Shown here: piece after piece, positions 1-8,665 of the stretch
How the letters are laid out: every line of letters starts with the position of its first letter
How positions within the stretch are numbered: position 1 is the stretch's first letter
Assembly: GCA_009602735.1 (NCBI GenBank)
Contig: WELA01003362.1
Span: 62,001-85,432 of the forward strand
Length of the DNA stretch: 23,432 bases
Source of the DNA: Mesotaenium endlicherianum
Lineage: Eukaryota
Direction: 5' to 3'
The notes under the pieces: generated by a model
Seen by the model: only the letters and a program-made list of their open reading frames with translations
What the model was told of the DNA's origin: nothing
The model's database searches: none
Made by a program: the position numbers and the translations under genes

Positions 1-1313
1 ATGAGCCTGCTCAATTCGCCGCCACTGGCCACTTTGCGAACAGGCTCGAAGCGGTTGCTTTTGTTGGCATCGAAAAGGAATTCCACCTGGTCCTTTCCAA
101 ACGGCTGCAATGCCGTATCGTTGATTTGTACTTTGAGTCGCGCGTTGGGCATACCTACCTGTTTGAGCAAGTGGTTTACTTTTTCCTCGAGGGGTTTTAC
201 CTGCTGGTGTCTTGCTTTGGAAATGGTGACAGCCAACTGGCTGGCCGACTCATATAAACGGGATTGCGCTGTTTCTTTAGCGGCGATAGCATCATCGATG
301 TCCAGCACAGCCTGTAATTTATTTTCGAGCGCTGTTTGCAATTCGAGCAATTCGGCCGTGGTTTGCACCCCGTGTTTTTTCAACAATTTATATCCTTCGA
401 CTAAGCGGTTATTGATCCACTCGATTCTTTTTTCATCGAAATGAACGCCATTGTTCAGGTGAACGGTTTCTGCTGCAATATCCTGTAACTCTACCTGGCT
501 GCTCTGCAAACGTGCAATGAGTGCAGCAATATCGGCGTGATATGATGTGTACGATTGTAGCTGCTGGATGAGTTGTTTTAAAACAGTTGTCACGGGTTGC
601 TCGCTTTCTTTCAATTCATAACAAACCCTGTCCAGCGCCACTTTAATGCCTTCTGAATTGCTTAATAATTTCAACTCCTGGTCCAGCTCTTCCAATTCAT
701 TTTCGCGGAGACCGGCTTCATTCAGTTCATCGAAAAGAAATTGGTGGTAATCGGCTTCTTTGGTGAAGGCTGTTTTTTGATCCTGCAAGGCGGTGAGTTC
801 TTTACTCACTGCATGCCATTGCCCGAAGAGAGATTGGTAATTGTCAAGCAACTGGTTATTGCCTGCAAGCGCATCCAGAACTTCGCGTTGAAAATCGGTG
901 TCGCCCAACTCGAGTGTATCAAATTGCTGGTGGAGGTCAACCAACAGGGAAGCCAGTGTTTTCAACTGTTGCAAGGTAGCCGGTGTATCGTTGATGAAAG
1001 CGCGGGATTTGCCGTTGGCAGCGATTTCCCTGCGAAGGATCAGTTCTTCTTCTGCATCGAGTTCCTGCTCTTGCAAAAAAGCCAGTACTTGCTTGCGGTC
1101 TTCCACTGCAAAATAACCTTCAATAAAGCATTTTTTTTCTTTATTCACCAGCACGTTGCTGTCTGCCCTTTCACCCAGTATCAGGCTGAGTGCTCCCATC
1201 AATATACTCTTTCCTGCACCGGTTTCACCGGTGATCATATTCAACTGCGATGAAAAATCAATTTCAATCTCGTCGATGATCGCGTAATTCTGTATGATGA
1301 GTTTCTTTAACAC
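1..1313 (-). CDS. recN: DNA repair protein RecN (3' end runs off the window)
   Basis: Not in the ORF track because there is no stop in the window. Manual minus-strand translation from GTG at 1313 gives MLKKLIIQNYAIIDEIEIDFSSQLNMITGETGAGKSIL (Walker A). Near position 1 it reads RKVASGGELSRL, the RecN/SMC ABC signature. Confidence 0.95.
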   Translation of the reverse strand, partial: MLKKLIIQNYAIIDEIEIDFSSQLNMITGETGAGKSILMGALSLILGERADSNVLVNKEKKCFIEGYFAVEDRKQVLAFLQEQELDAEEELILRREIAANGKSRAFINDTPATLQQLKTLASLLVDLHQQFDTLELGDTDFQREVLDALAGNNQLLDNYQSLFGQWHAVSKELTALQDQKTAFTKEADYHQFLFDELNEAGLRENELEELDQELKLLSNSEGIKVALDRVCYELKESEQPVTTVLKQLIQQLQSYTSYHADIAALIARLQSSQVELQDIAAETVHLNNGVHFDEKRIEWINNRLVEGYKLLKKHGVQTTAELLELQTALENKLQAVLDIDDAIAAKETAQSRLYESASQLAVTISKARHQQVKPLEEKVNHLLKQVGMPNARLKVQINDTALQPFGKDQVEFLFDANKSNRFEPVRKVASGGELSRL

Positions 1314-1329
1314 AGGAATGATGAAAAAA

Positions 1330-1404
1330 CAAAAATCAAAATTTAAAATTAAAAAGTCAAAAGTAAAAGTACGGTATCAGAAATCAACAAATCAGCCATC
1401 AGAA
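1330..1404. repeat. Two adjacent degenerate heptamer tandem tracts
   Basis: 1330-1370 reads CAAAAAT CAAAATT TAAAATT AAAAAGT CAAAAGT AAAAGT. 1376-1404 reads ATCAGAA ATCAACA (A) ATCAGCC ATCAGAA. Confidence 0.7.
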
Positions 1405-1411
1405 ATTACGC

Positions 1412-2899
1412 TTACTCTCCTTTGCACCGGGCGATGCCTGATTTTGCTCTTTGATCGAGTGAATTTTTGTATTCATGGTCTCCCATATCGAGGCATTGCC
1501 GGTAATAGGAGATGGCAGTGGCTTTATCGCCTTTGGATTCATAGAGCTGACCTGCCTGCAACGCAGCCCTGGCTGCGAAATATTCGGTCCTGTTTGCACC
1601 GATGCGTATGGCTTGCTGGTAAAATGTAACAGCTTCTGCATCCCTGCCCAGGTCATCATAAATGCGGCCCATGCGGTAAACGAATTCCAGTTTCTCTTCT
1701 TCGCGCGTAAAGTCGCGTTCTGTCTTTCCATGCAACAGTGCCAATGCATCGTGATGGTAACCGCCATCATTCAGCAAGCGGGTCTTCAATAACAATACAT
1801 TGGGCCATCTGCCCGATTGGGCATCTTTCAACGCCTGCTTATCGGCATCGGAATCGGTAGCGCCGAGCGACAGTACATTTTTCCGCGCAGCCTCTGCCGC
1901 CTGCATATTGCCTTGCAGGTAATAACACCAGCTCAGTTTCTGGTAAGCGTCTTTCAGGTAGAATTTTCCTTTGAAACTGGATACAAACCTTTCCATGCAG
2001 GAAGTGGCTTCGGGCAATTCGAGGTGATAAAGCCGGGCAAAGCCCATTTCAAAATCCCATACAGGGGTATGCAGGTATTCGTCGGACTTATTCCTGTTGA
2101 GAATGATGTTCCTGGTCAAATCGGCCTGCTTATTATTCAGGGCCAGGTTGGCAGCCATATAAGCGTGCAGGTGGTTGTTCACCAGGTCCAGCTTACGTTG
2201 GTTGATGAATTGTAAAGCTTCTTCTTTTTTGTTTTCGAGATAGAAGAGGAGGTAGGGGTATATGAAGTTGGCATCAGCAGCCATTAATCTTCCCCAGGGA
2301 TCGTTGCTGTAAACGAAGCCGTGCACGATGCGCATGCCTTCTGTAAGCGAGCCTTTCATGCCAAACAGGGAAGCCAGCCATTTATATCCCTTTGGAATAG
2401 TACCCACCACGGCCTGCAATGCGCCATACATGAGGTCGTTGGGCATGAAAGTGGGAAACGCTTTCCTGTTTTCTTTGATGGCCTGATAGGCTCTTCTGAA
2501 TTCCCAGCCTGCATCCCAGAAATGACCGAACTTGATGGATACAGATGCTTTGTGGGCGCGTACAGTGCTCAGGCAGAAATAATAAAAAGGGGAGCTTTGC
2601 GGACCTTTCTCCAATTGGCTGATGCGTTGCGCAAACCGCGGATAGCGGGTGGCATATTCAGCAGGGTCTTCGTTGAAAAAGAGAAGATAGAAATCGGCAT
2701 AGCTCTCCAGCACAACCGGTATGAGGTTATGTGGATTCTGTTGCCTGGCTTTTTCAATGAGTGCCAGTCCGCTGTTGATCTTTAACCTGGTGATTTCCTG
2801 GTAAGCCTGTTGGCAGGTGGTATTGAATTCATACACTTGCTGTGTTTGCCCTTGCAGGAAACTGCAGCACAGTAACAGGAGAAACAGGTAGTGTTTCAT
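1412..2899 (-). CDS. Secreted tetratricopeptide-repeat (TPR) protein, function unknown
   Basis: 495-aa ORF with an N-terminal signal peptide (MKHYLFLLLLCCSFLQG). The C-terminus has TPR-like helices (YRMGRIYDDLGRDAEAVTFYQQAI; LQAGQLYESKGDKATAISYYRQCL). It starts 3 bp after the upstream stop. Confidence 0.8.
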   Translation of the reverse strand: MKHYLFLLLLCCSFLQGQTQQVYEFNTTCQQAYQEITRLKINSGLALIEKARQQNPHNLIPVVLESYADFYLLFFNEDPAEYATRYPRFAQRISQLEKGPQSSPFYYFCLSTVRAHKASVSIKFGHFWDAGWEFRRAYQAIKENRKAFPTFMPNDLMYGALQAVVGTIPKGYKWLASLFGMKGSLTEGMRIVHGFVYSNDPWGRLMAADANFIYPYLLFYLENKKEEALQFINQRKLDLVNNHLHAYMAANLALNNKQADLTRNIILNRNKSDEYLHTPVWDFEMGFARLYHLELPEATSCMERFVSSFKGKFYLKDAYQKLSWCYYLQGNMQAAEAARKNVLSLGATDSDADKQALKDAQSGRWPNVLLLKTRLLNDGGYHHDALALLHGKTERDFTREEEKLEFVYRMGRIYDDLGRDAEAVTFYQQAIRIGANRTEYFAARAALQAGQLYESKGDKATAISYYRQCLDMGDHEYKNSLDQRAKSGIARCKGE

Positions 2900-2902
2900 T
2901 TC

Positions 2903-3658
2903 CTATTTTACTTCAACGCTGTCGTTCAGGTCGGCATCAACGAGAATGCGGCCGCAGTTCTCGCATACGATGATCTTTTTATGTAAACGGATCTCGCTCT
3001 GGCGTTGAGGAGGGATGGCATTGAAGCAACCACCGCAGGCATCTCTTTCTACCGGTACAACGGCCAGGCCATTGCGGTAGCTTTTGCGGATGCGGTCGTA
3101 GCTGTACAGCAGTCTTTCATCGATACGGCTGCGTGCAGCATCGCTGTCTTTGGCAAAATGAGATTCTTCTTTTTCGGTATCTGCGATGATCTTCTGCAGT
3201 TCACCTTTTTTATGATTGAGAACGCCTTCTTTAACGCTCAGTTGTTTTTTGGCAGATTCCAGCGCCTTCACTTTATCGGCCAGTTCTTCATTGGCGTCGC
3301 GAATGTGCTTCTCGGCCAATTTGATCTCGAGCTGCTGCATTTCGATCTCTTTGTTGATGGCTTCGAATTCGCGGTTATTCTTTACGTTCTCGCTTTGCTT
3401 TTCGTATTTGCTGATGAGGGCTTCGCTTTCCTTGATGGCAGTTTTTTTGCTTTCAATGAACTCGGTGATACCGTTGAGTTCTTCTTCAACACGGGTCTGG
3501 CGGCTCTGTAAACCATGCACTTCATCTTCGAGGTCGCTCACTTCCATGGGCAGTTCGCCTTTCAGGATCTGGATCTCATCCAGTTTGCTGTCAATCTTTT
3601 GTAACCTTAAGAGGGCTACCAATTTTTCTTCAACAGAGAAATCTTTAACTGAAGCCAT
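2903..3658 (-). CDS. Coiled-coil protein with C-terminal C4-type zinc ribbon (DUF164 / CT398 / HP0958-like)
   Basis: Long charged coiled coil followed by CGGC...CENC. It lies next to a Nif3 gene, the usual neighbour of this family. Confidence 0.88.
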   Translation of the reverse strand: MASVKDFSVEEKLVALLRLQKIDSKLDEIQILKGELPMEVSDLEDEVHGLQSRQTRVEEELNGITEFIESKKTAIKESEALISKYEKQSENVKNNREFEAINKEIEMQQLEIKLAEKHIRDANEELADKVKALESAKKQLSVKEGVLNHKKGELQKIIADTEKEESHFAKDSDAARSRIDERLLYSYDRIRKSYRNGLAVVPVERDACGGCFNAIPPQRQSEIRLHKKIIVCENCGRILVDADLNDSVEVK

Positions 3659-3681
3659 ATAGTGTTTTGTCGTTTGTAGCT

Positions 3682-4776
3682 TTAAAAATACCGAACAGGG
3701 TTGGTATTGATTGCTGATTTGAGGACGGCAAAGGTAGGGAATTTAGCCTGTAAAAGTTCAACCAGGAGCTCGCTGGTATATTGTTCACTTTCCCAGTGGC
3801 CGATATCGGCAATGACCAGCCGGTCGTTGGCATCGAAAAACTCGTGGTATTTAACGTCGGCCGTAACATAAACATCGGCTCCGGCCGCCAGGGCCCGGCC
3901 GGTTAAAAAGCTGCCGGCGCCCCCGCAAAGCGCCACTTTTTGTATCTTTTTCCCCAGTAAAGGCGTGTGACGTACAATACTTAATTCAAAAGCATTTTTT
4001 AGTATATGTAAAAAGCCTTCTTCGGTTACCGGTTCGGGCAGTTCTCCTATAAGGCCGCTCCCCACTTCGGGGTGCTCATTGGCCAGGGGGATGATATCAT
4101 AGGCCACTTCTTCGTAAGGGTGAGACTTGAGCAGGGCTGCCACCAGCCTTGACTGGAGATGGGCCGGGAAAATGACTTCCAATTTGACCTCTTTTTCCCT
4201 GTGCAGCTCACCCGGGTTGCCTGCAAAAGGGTTGGTGCCGGCCCCGCCTTTGAAAGTACCGGTTCCTTCCACATTAAAACTGCAATCGCTGTACCGGCCA
4301 ATATGCCCGGCGCCTGCTTCGAACAGGGCGGTGCGCAGTTCATCGGCTTGTGCCAGGGGGACAAAACTGCAGAGTTTCATCAGTTGTCTGTCTTTGGGGG
4401 CGAGGATGCGCCTGGAAACCAGTCCAAGACGGTCTGCTATCCGGTTATTCACCCCATGCAATACATTATCGAGGTTGGTATGTATGGCATAGATGACGAT
4501 ATCGTGTTTGATGGCGCTGATAACGGATTTTTCTACATAATTCCTTCCTGTTATTTTTTTCAATCCGCCGAAAATAATAGGGTGGTGGGCCACGACCAGG
4601 TTGCATCCCCTTTCTTTGGCTTCCATGATCACCTGCTCAGTGGCGTCGAGGGTACAGAGTATGCCGGTGCAGTTCCAGTTGCTGTTACCGGTGAGTAATC
4701 CCGCATTATCATATCCCTCCTGGTAAGAAAGCGGGGCGGCCTGTTCCAACACCTGTATGGCTTCCATTATTTTCAT
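3682..4776 (-). CDS. Nif3-like dinuclear metal-centre hexameric protein (YbgI/YqfO family, long form with PII-like insert)
   Basis: Motifs YDNAGL, AHHPIIF, AIHTNLD, TADVKYHEF and IGHWESE. The central insert runs AGAGHIGRYSDCSF...HPYEEVAYD. Confidence 0.93.
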   Translation of the reverse strand: MKIMEAIQVLEQAAPLSYQEGYDNAGLLTGNSNWNCTGILCTLDATEQVIMEAKERGCNLVVAHHPIIFGGLKKITGRNYVEKSVISAIKHDIVIYAIHTNLDNVLHGVNNRIADRLGLVSRRILAPKDRQLMKLCSFVPLAQADELRTALFEAGAGHIGRYSDCSFNVEGTGTFKGGAGTNPFAGNPGELHREKEVKLEVIFPAHLQSRLVAALLKSHPYEEVAYDIIPLANEHPEVGSGLIGELPEPVTEEGFLHILKNAFELSIVRHTPLLGKKIQKVALCGGAGSFLTGRALAAGADVYVTADVKYHEFFDANDRLVIADIGHWESEQYTSELLVELLQAKFPTFAVLKSAINTNPVRYF

Positions 4777-4810
4777 GGTTGCTAATTTACCTTCATTCTA
4801 TCTTTATTGC
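4777..4810. promoter_or_regulatory. Compact divergent promoter pair (Bacteroidota -7 element variants)
   Basis: On the minus strand, TAAATTAG (4782-4789) lies 5 nt before the nif3 ATG. On the plus strand, TATCTTTA (4799-4806) lies 4 nt before ATG 4811. Each has one mismatch to TAnnTTTG. Confidence 0.55.
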
Positions 4811-5662
4811 ATGGGAAACGGAGATTTTCTTTTTTACAATGGCAAACTGATGCGAGACAACGGGCCGTTGATCGACGCCTCCAACCGTTCATTCCGGTAT
4901 GGAGATGGTTGTTTTGAAACGATGAAAATGGTGAACGGAAAATTATGTCTCGCTTCCTATCATTTTGAACGGCTGTTCAACTCGCTGGACCTGTTACGGT
5001 TTGAATGTCCTGCACATTTTACACCGGCCTACCTGGAGCAGCGTATTTTGACGGTAGCGGAAAAAAACAAACACACTGCATGTGGCCGTGTGCGGCTGAC
5101 GATTGCCAGGGGGAATGGAGGTTTGTACGATGCGGCAAATCATTTTCCCAACCATCTTATACAGACATGGGCATTGGAAAAGCCGGCAACGGGTTTGAAT
5201 GTGAACGGCGTGGAAATGGATATTTTCCCTGATGCCAGGAAAGTGTGCGACCTTTATTCGATGCTCAAGAGCAACAATTACCTGCCCAATGTGATGGCAG
5301 CTTTATGGGCGAAGGAACGCCGCTTGAACGATGCTGTTTTACTCAATCCGTATGACCGTATTGCGGATGCGACCATCGCCAATATATTCATAGTGAAGGA
5401 TGGGGTTATTGCAACGCCTTCCCTTGCAGAAGGAGCGGTCAACGGCGTGATGCGCAGGCACCTGCTGCATTGTTTACACCAGGCGGATATGCCTGTTGAA
5501 GAAAAACAGATCACGGTGCATGAACTTTTGGAAGCATCGGAAGTTTTTCTCACGAATGCCATCGCGGGTATTAAATGGGTGAAACGTGTGGGCGCAAGCG
5601 AATACGGTTGCCAGCTGGCACCAGCATTGTATGATCGATTTATTGCCAACATTCATGAATGA
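4811..5662 (+). CDS. PLP-dependent aminotransferase class IV (4-amino-4-deoxychorismate lyase / BCAT-like)
   Basis: Motifs RSFRYGDGCFETMK, HFERL, LKSNNY (PLP lysine), GAVNGVMR and EVFLTNA. Start moved to ATG 4811 because the track start at 4757 overlaps the divergent nif3 gene. Confidence 0.88.
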   Translation: MGNGDFLFYNGKLMRDNGPLIDASNRSFRYGDGCFETMKMVNGKLCLASYHFERLFNSLDLLRFECPAHFTPAYLEQRILTVAEKNKHTACGRVRLTIARGNGGLYDAANHFPNHLIQTWALEKPATGLNVNGVEMDIFPDARKVCDLYSMLKSNNYLPNVMAALWAKERRLNDAVLLNPYDRIADATIANIFIVKDGVIATPSLAEGAVNGVMRRHLLHCLHQADMPVEEKQITVHELLEASEVFLTNAIAGIKWVKRVGASEYGCQLAPALYDRFIANIHE

Positions 5663-5663
5663 G

Positions 5664-6974
5664 ATGAAGAAACCGCTTGTCAATATCCTGTGGTTGAGAA
5701 GAGACCTGCGGCTGCGCGACCATGCAGCGTTGTACCATGCCTTGAAAAGCGACCGGCCCGTGCTACCCATTTTCATCTACGACCGGCATATCCTGGACAA
5801 GCTGGAAAACAGGCAGGACCGGCGGCTGTCTTTTATATACCAGGCTTTGGAAGCGATGCAGCAAGAGCTGGTGACGATGGGCAGCAGCCTCGCCGTATAC
5901 CATGGGTATCCTGTGGAAGTATTCGACAAGCTGTTGCAGCAATTTGATATAGGCGCTGTATTCACCAACCACGATTATGAACCGTATGCCATAGAAAGGG
6001 ATGCGTTGGTGGGGCGGCTGTTATCGGGTGCTGGTGTGTTGATGTATACGTATAAAGACCAGGTGATTTTTGAAAAGAACGAAGTGCTGAAAGACGACGG
6101 AAAGCCTTACACGGTGTTTACACCTTACAGCCGCAAATGGAAAACACTGCTGAATGATTTTTACCTGCGCTCTTATCCCGATTCGGTTTTGTATGACCGG
6201 TTTTACCGGCAGGAGGCCATGGCGTTGCCCAGCCTGTCGCAGATAGGCTTTGAATGGCGTGGAAATGATTTTCCGTCGAAAACATGGGACCTGGCAAGGA
6301 TGCAACAATATGGAGCTACCCGCGATTTCCCGGCGATGGACAAAGGCACTTCGCGTTTGGGCGTGCATTTGCGTTTTGGCACCATCAGCATACGGGAGCT
6401 GGCCAGGGCGGCGAAAGCTACGAGTGAAGTGTACCTCAATGAACTGATCTGGCGTGATTTTTATCATGCCATCCTCTGGCATTTTCCACAGGTGGGTAAA
6501 GGCGGCGCTTTCAAACCTGAATACGACCGCATTGTTTGGCGGAATAACGAAGAAGAATTTACGCGATGGTGCCAGGGATTAACCGGCTACCCGCTGGTAG
6601 ACGCCGGTATGCGTGAGCTCAATGCTACGGGCTATATGCACAACCGGCTGCGCATGATCACGGCTTCATTTCTGTGCAAGCATTTGCTCACCGACTGGCG
6701 ATGGGGTGAAGCATATTTCGCAACACAGTTGCTCGATTTTGACCTGGCCGCGAACAATGGCGGCTGGCAGTGGGCGAGCAGCAGCGGCTGTGATGCCGCA
6801 CCTTATTTCAGGATATTCAATCCGGCCCTGCAAGCGGAGAAATTCGACAAAGCGCAGCAGTATATTGAAAAATGGGTGCCGGAAAGGAACGGGTTCCAAT
6901 ATCCGCCACCCATTGAGCAGCATGAACTGGCGAGGCAACGCGCGTTGGCTGCTTATGCGCTCGCGCTGAAATAA
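5664..6974 (+). CDS. phrB: Deoxyribodipyrimidine (CPD) photolyase
   Basis: N-terminal WLRRDLRLRDH. The FAD domain shows ELIWRDFY, TGYPLVDAGMREL, GYMHNRLRMITASFL and NNGGWQW...DAAPYFRIFNP. The start is ATG 5664 or 5655. Confidence 0.93.
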   Translation: MKKPLVNILWLRRDLRLRDHAALYHALKSDRPVLPIFIYDRHILDKLENRQDRRLSFIYQALEAMQQELVTMGSSLAVYHGYPVEVFDKLLQQFDIGAVFTNHDYEPYAIERDALVGRLLSGAGVLMYTYKDQVIFEKNEVLKDDGKPYTVFTPYSRKWKTLLNDFYLRSYPDSVLYDRFYRQEAMALPSLSQIGFEWRGNDFPSKTWDLARMQQYGATRDFPAMDKGTSRLGVHLRFGTISIRELARAAKATSEVYLNELIWRDFYHAILWHFPQVGKGGAFKPEYDRIVWRNNEEEFTRWCQGLTGYPLVDAGMRELNATGYMHNRLRMITASFLCKHLLTDWRWGEAYFATQLLDFDLAANNGGWQWASSSGCDAAPYFRIFNPALQAEKFDKAQQYIEKWVPERNGFQYPPPIEQHELARQRALAAYALALK

Positions 6975-7008
6975 TGCGTTGTATGAATTTGATCTTAAGT
7001 ATCCTTCG

Positions 7009-7126
7009 GTCGTCATCCCGAGCAACGTCACCCTGAGCGAGCGAAGCGAGTCGAAGGGGCAGCCGAGGGATCTGCCCGAAGCTTCTGCAGGTCCTTCGAC
7101 TCGCTTCGCTCGCTCAGGATGACGGC
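7009..7126. repeat. REP-like GC-rich palindromic element (GTCATCCTGAGCG... type), composite
   Basis: 7026-7057 and 7093-7124 form a 32-bp inverted repeat with one mismatch. A second left arm GTCGTCATCCCGAGC (7009-7023) matches the reverse complement of 7112-7126 at 13/15. The element lies between convergent phrB and guaB. Confidence 0.85.
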
Positions 7127-8625
7127 TATTTTCTGCTGTAGTTCGGCGCCTCTTTGGTAATATCTATGTCGTGTGCATGGCTTTCTTTCATGCCTGCATT
7201 GGATATTTTTACAAAAGTGGCTTTCTGCAGTTCCTGTATGCTCCTGGCGCCGCAATAACCCATACCGGCGCGGAGTCCGCCTACATACTGGTAAACGATC
7301 TCACTGAGATTGCCTTTGTAAGCTACCCGTCCTTCTATGCCTTCGGGTACGAATTTTTTTACATCGTCTTCCACATCCTGGAAATAGCGGTCGCCACTGC
7401 CCTGGCTCATCGCGCCGAGGCTGCCCATGCCGCGATATTCTTTGAATTTACGGCCTTCGTAGATGATGGTTTCACCGGGGCTCTCTTCCACTCCTGCAAA
7501 CACGCTGCCCATCATCACCACATTGGCGCCGGCTGCGAGTGCTTTTACCATATCGCCGGTATAACGGATACCGCCATCGGCGATCAGCGGAATGCCTTTG
7601 GCTTTCAGTGCGTGACTGGCTTCCATAATGGCTGTGAGCTGTGGTACGCCTGCACCTGCAACAATGCGGGTGGTACAGATAGAACCGGGGCCGATGCCCA
7701 CTTTTACACAGTCTGCACCAGCGTCTGCCAGTGCTTTGGCGCCGGCAGCAGTGCCTACATTACCGGCGATAATCTGCAGGTGCTTGAAATTTTTTCTCAA
7801 CGATTTCAGCGCATTGATCACTCCTTTACTATGACCATGGGCGCTATCGAGCGTAACTACGTCAACACCCACTTGTTGCAATGCTGCGGCGCGATCCATG
7901 AGATCGCGGGTAATACCCAGTGCAGCGCCTACCAGCAATCTGCCCAATGAATCTTTAACAGCATTGGGGTTGTTGCGTAACTGGAGAATGTCGCGGTAGG
8001 TGATGAGTCCGATCAGTTTGCCCTGCCTGTTCACCACGGGCAGTTTTTCTATTTTATACTGGCGCAGGATCTTCTCTGCTTTTTTCAGATCGGTACCTTC
8101 AGGTGCAGTGATGAGGTTTTCTTTGGTCATCACTTCTTTCACCTGCCTGCTTTTATCAGTTTCAAAACGCAGATCGCGGTTGGTAAGGATACCTACCAGT
8201 TTGTCTTTGGCATCCACAATGGGAATACCACCAATCTTATACTCTTTCATCAGCTTCAGTGCATCGCCGATGGTAGCTTCTACCAGGAGGGTGAGCGGGT
8301 CGATGATCATGCCGCTTTCACTGCGCTTTACCTTGCGAACCTCATCTGCCTGCCGTTCTATGCTCATGTTCTTGTGCAGTATACCGAGGCCGCCTTCGCG
8401 CGCCAGCGCAATAGCCAGGCTGGCTTCGGTAACGGTATCCATTGCTGCCGAGAGCATGGGTACGTTGAGGGTAATGTTTTTGGTGAGCTGTGAGCGGATG
8501 TCCACTTCACGGGGAAGTACCTCACTGTAAGCGGGCATTAATAATACATCATCGAAGGTGAGCCCTTCGCCGAATAACCTGGATGCTGCCGTCTTGTTAA
8601 TAGGGGAAATATTTCTTGTTGCCAT
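7126..8625 (-). CDS. guaB: Inosine-5'-monophosphate dehydrogenase with CBS subdomain
   Basis: Motifs [17 protein letters not shown], a CBS pair, the catalytic loop [23 protein letters not shown] and VPEGIEG. ATG 8625 is preferred over the track start at 8631, which falls inside the -7 element. Confidence 0.97.
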   Translation of the reverse strand: MATRNISPINKTAASRLFGEGLTFDDVLLMPAYSEVLPREVDIRSQLTKNITLNVPMLSAAMDTVTEASLAIALAREGGLGILHKNMSIERQADEVRKVKRSESGMIIDPLTLLVEATIGDALKLMKEYKIGGIPIVDAKDKLVGILTNRDLRFETDKSRQVKEVMTKENLITAPEGTDLKKAEKILRQYKIEKLPVVNRQGKLIGLITYRDILQLRNNPNAVKDSLGRLLVGAALGITRDLMDRAAALQQVGVDVVTLDSAHGHSKGVINALKSLRKNFKHLQIIAGNVGTAAGAKALADAGADCVKVGIGPGSICTTRIVAGAGVPQLTAIMEASHALKAKGIPLIADGGIRYTGDMVKALAAGANVVMMGSVFAGVEESPGETIIYEGRKFKEYRGMGSLGAMSQGSGDRYFQDVEDDVKKFVPEGIEGRVAYKGNLSEIVYQYVGGLRAGMGYCGARSIQELQKATFVKISNAGMKESHAHDIDITKEAPNYSRK

Positions 8626-8665
8626 GTGCAAAGATAGGCCAATTTTTTAAACTTAGCTTTGCACC
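8626..8665. promoter_or_regulatory. Back-to-back sigma-ABfr-type -7 promoter elements for guaB and the MFS gene
   Basis: The minus strand reads TATCTTTG-CAC-ATG (element 8629-8636). The plus strand reads TAGCTTTG-CACC-ATG (element 8654-8661). Both are exact TAnnTTTG matches. Confidence 0.8.

Noticed and set aside
1..1253. Plus-strand ORFs 1-444, 741-1253 and 898-1116
   Set aside because: They are antisense shadows of recN, which has clear motifs on the minus strand.
1294..1629. 111-aa Lys-rich ORF (KKQKSKFKIKKSKVK)
   Set aside because: The Lys-rich part is the translation of the A-rich heptamer tract, and the ORF overlaps recN and the TPR gene in antisense.
3659..3682. Possible further heptamer tract between nif3 and the zinc-ribbon gene
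   Set aside because: Only about three poorly matching units are present, which cannot be distinguished from chance.
7009..7126. Possible CRISPR repeat or tRNA
   Set aside because: The repeats are inverted and nested, not direct with spacers. There is no cloverleaf or T-loop context and no cas gene.
7028..7255. 75-aa minus-strand ORF ending ILSERSESKDL...PSTRFARSG
   Set aside because: It is an out-of-frame overlap with guaB running through the palindromic repeat, a typical repeat-derived spurious peptide.
7171..8530. Long plus-strand ORFs (259 aa, 176 aa) opposite guaB
   Set aside because: They are antisense frames kept open by codon bias and have no recognisable motifs.
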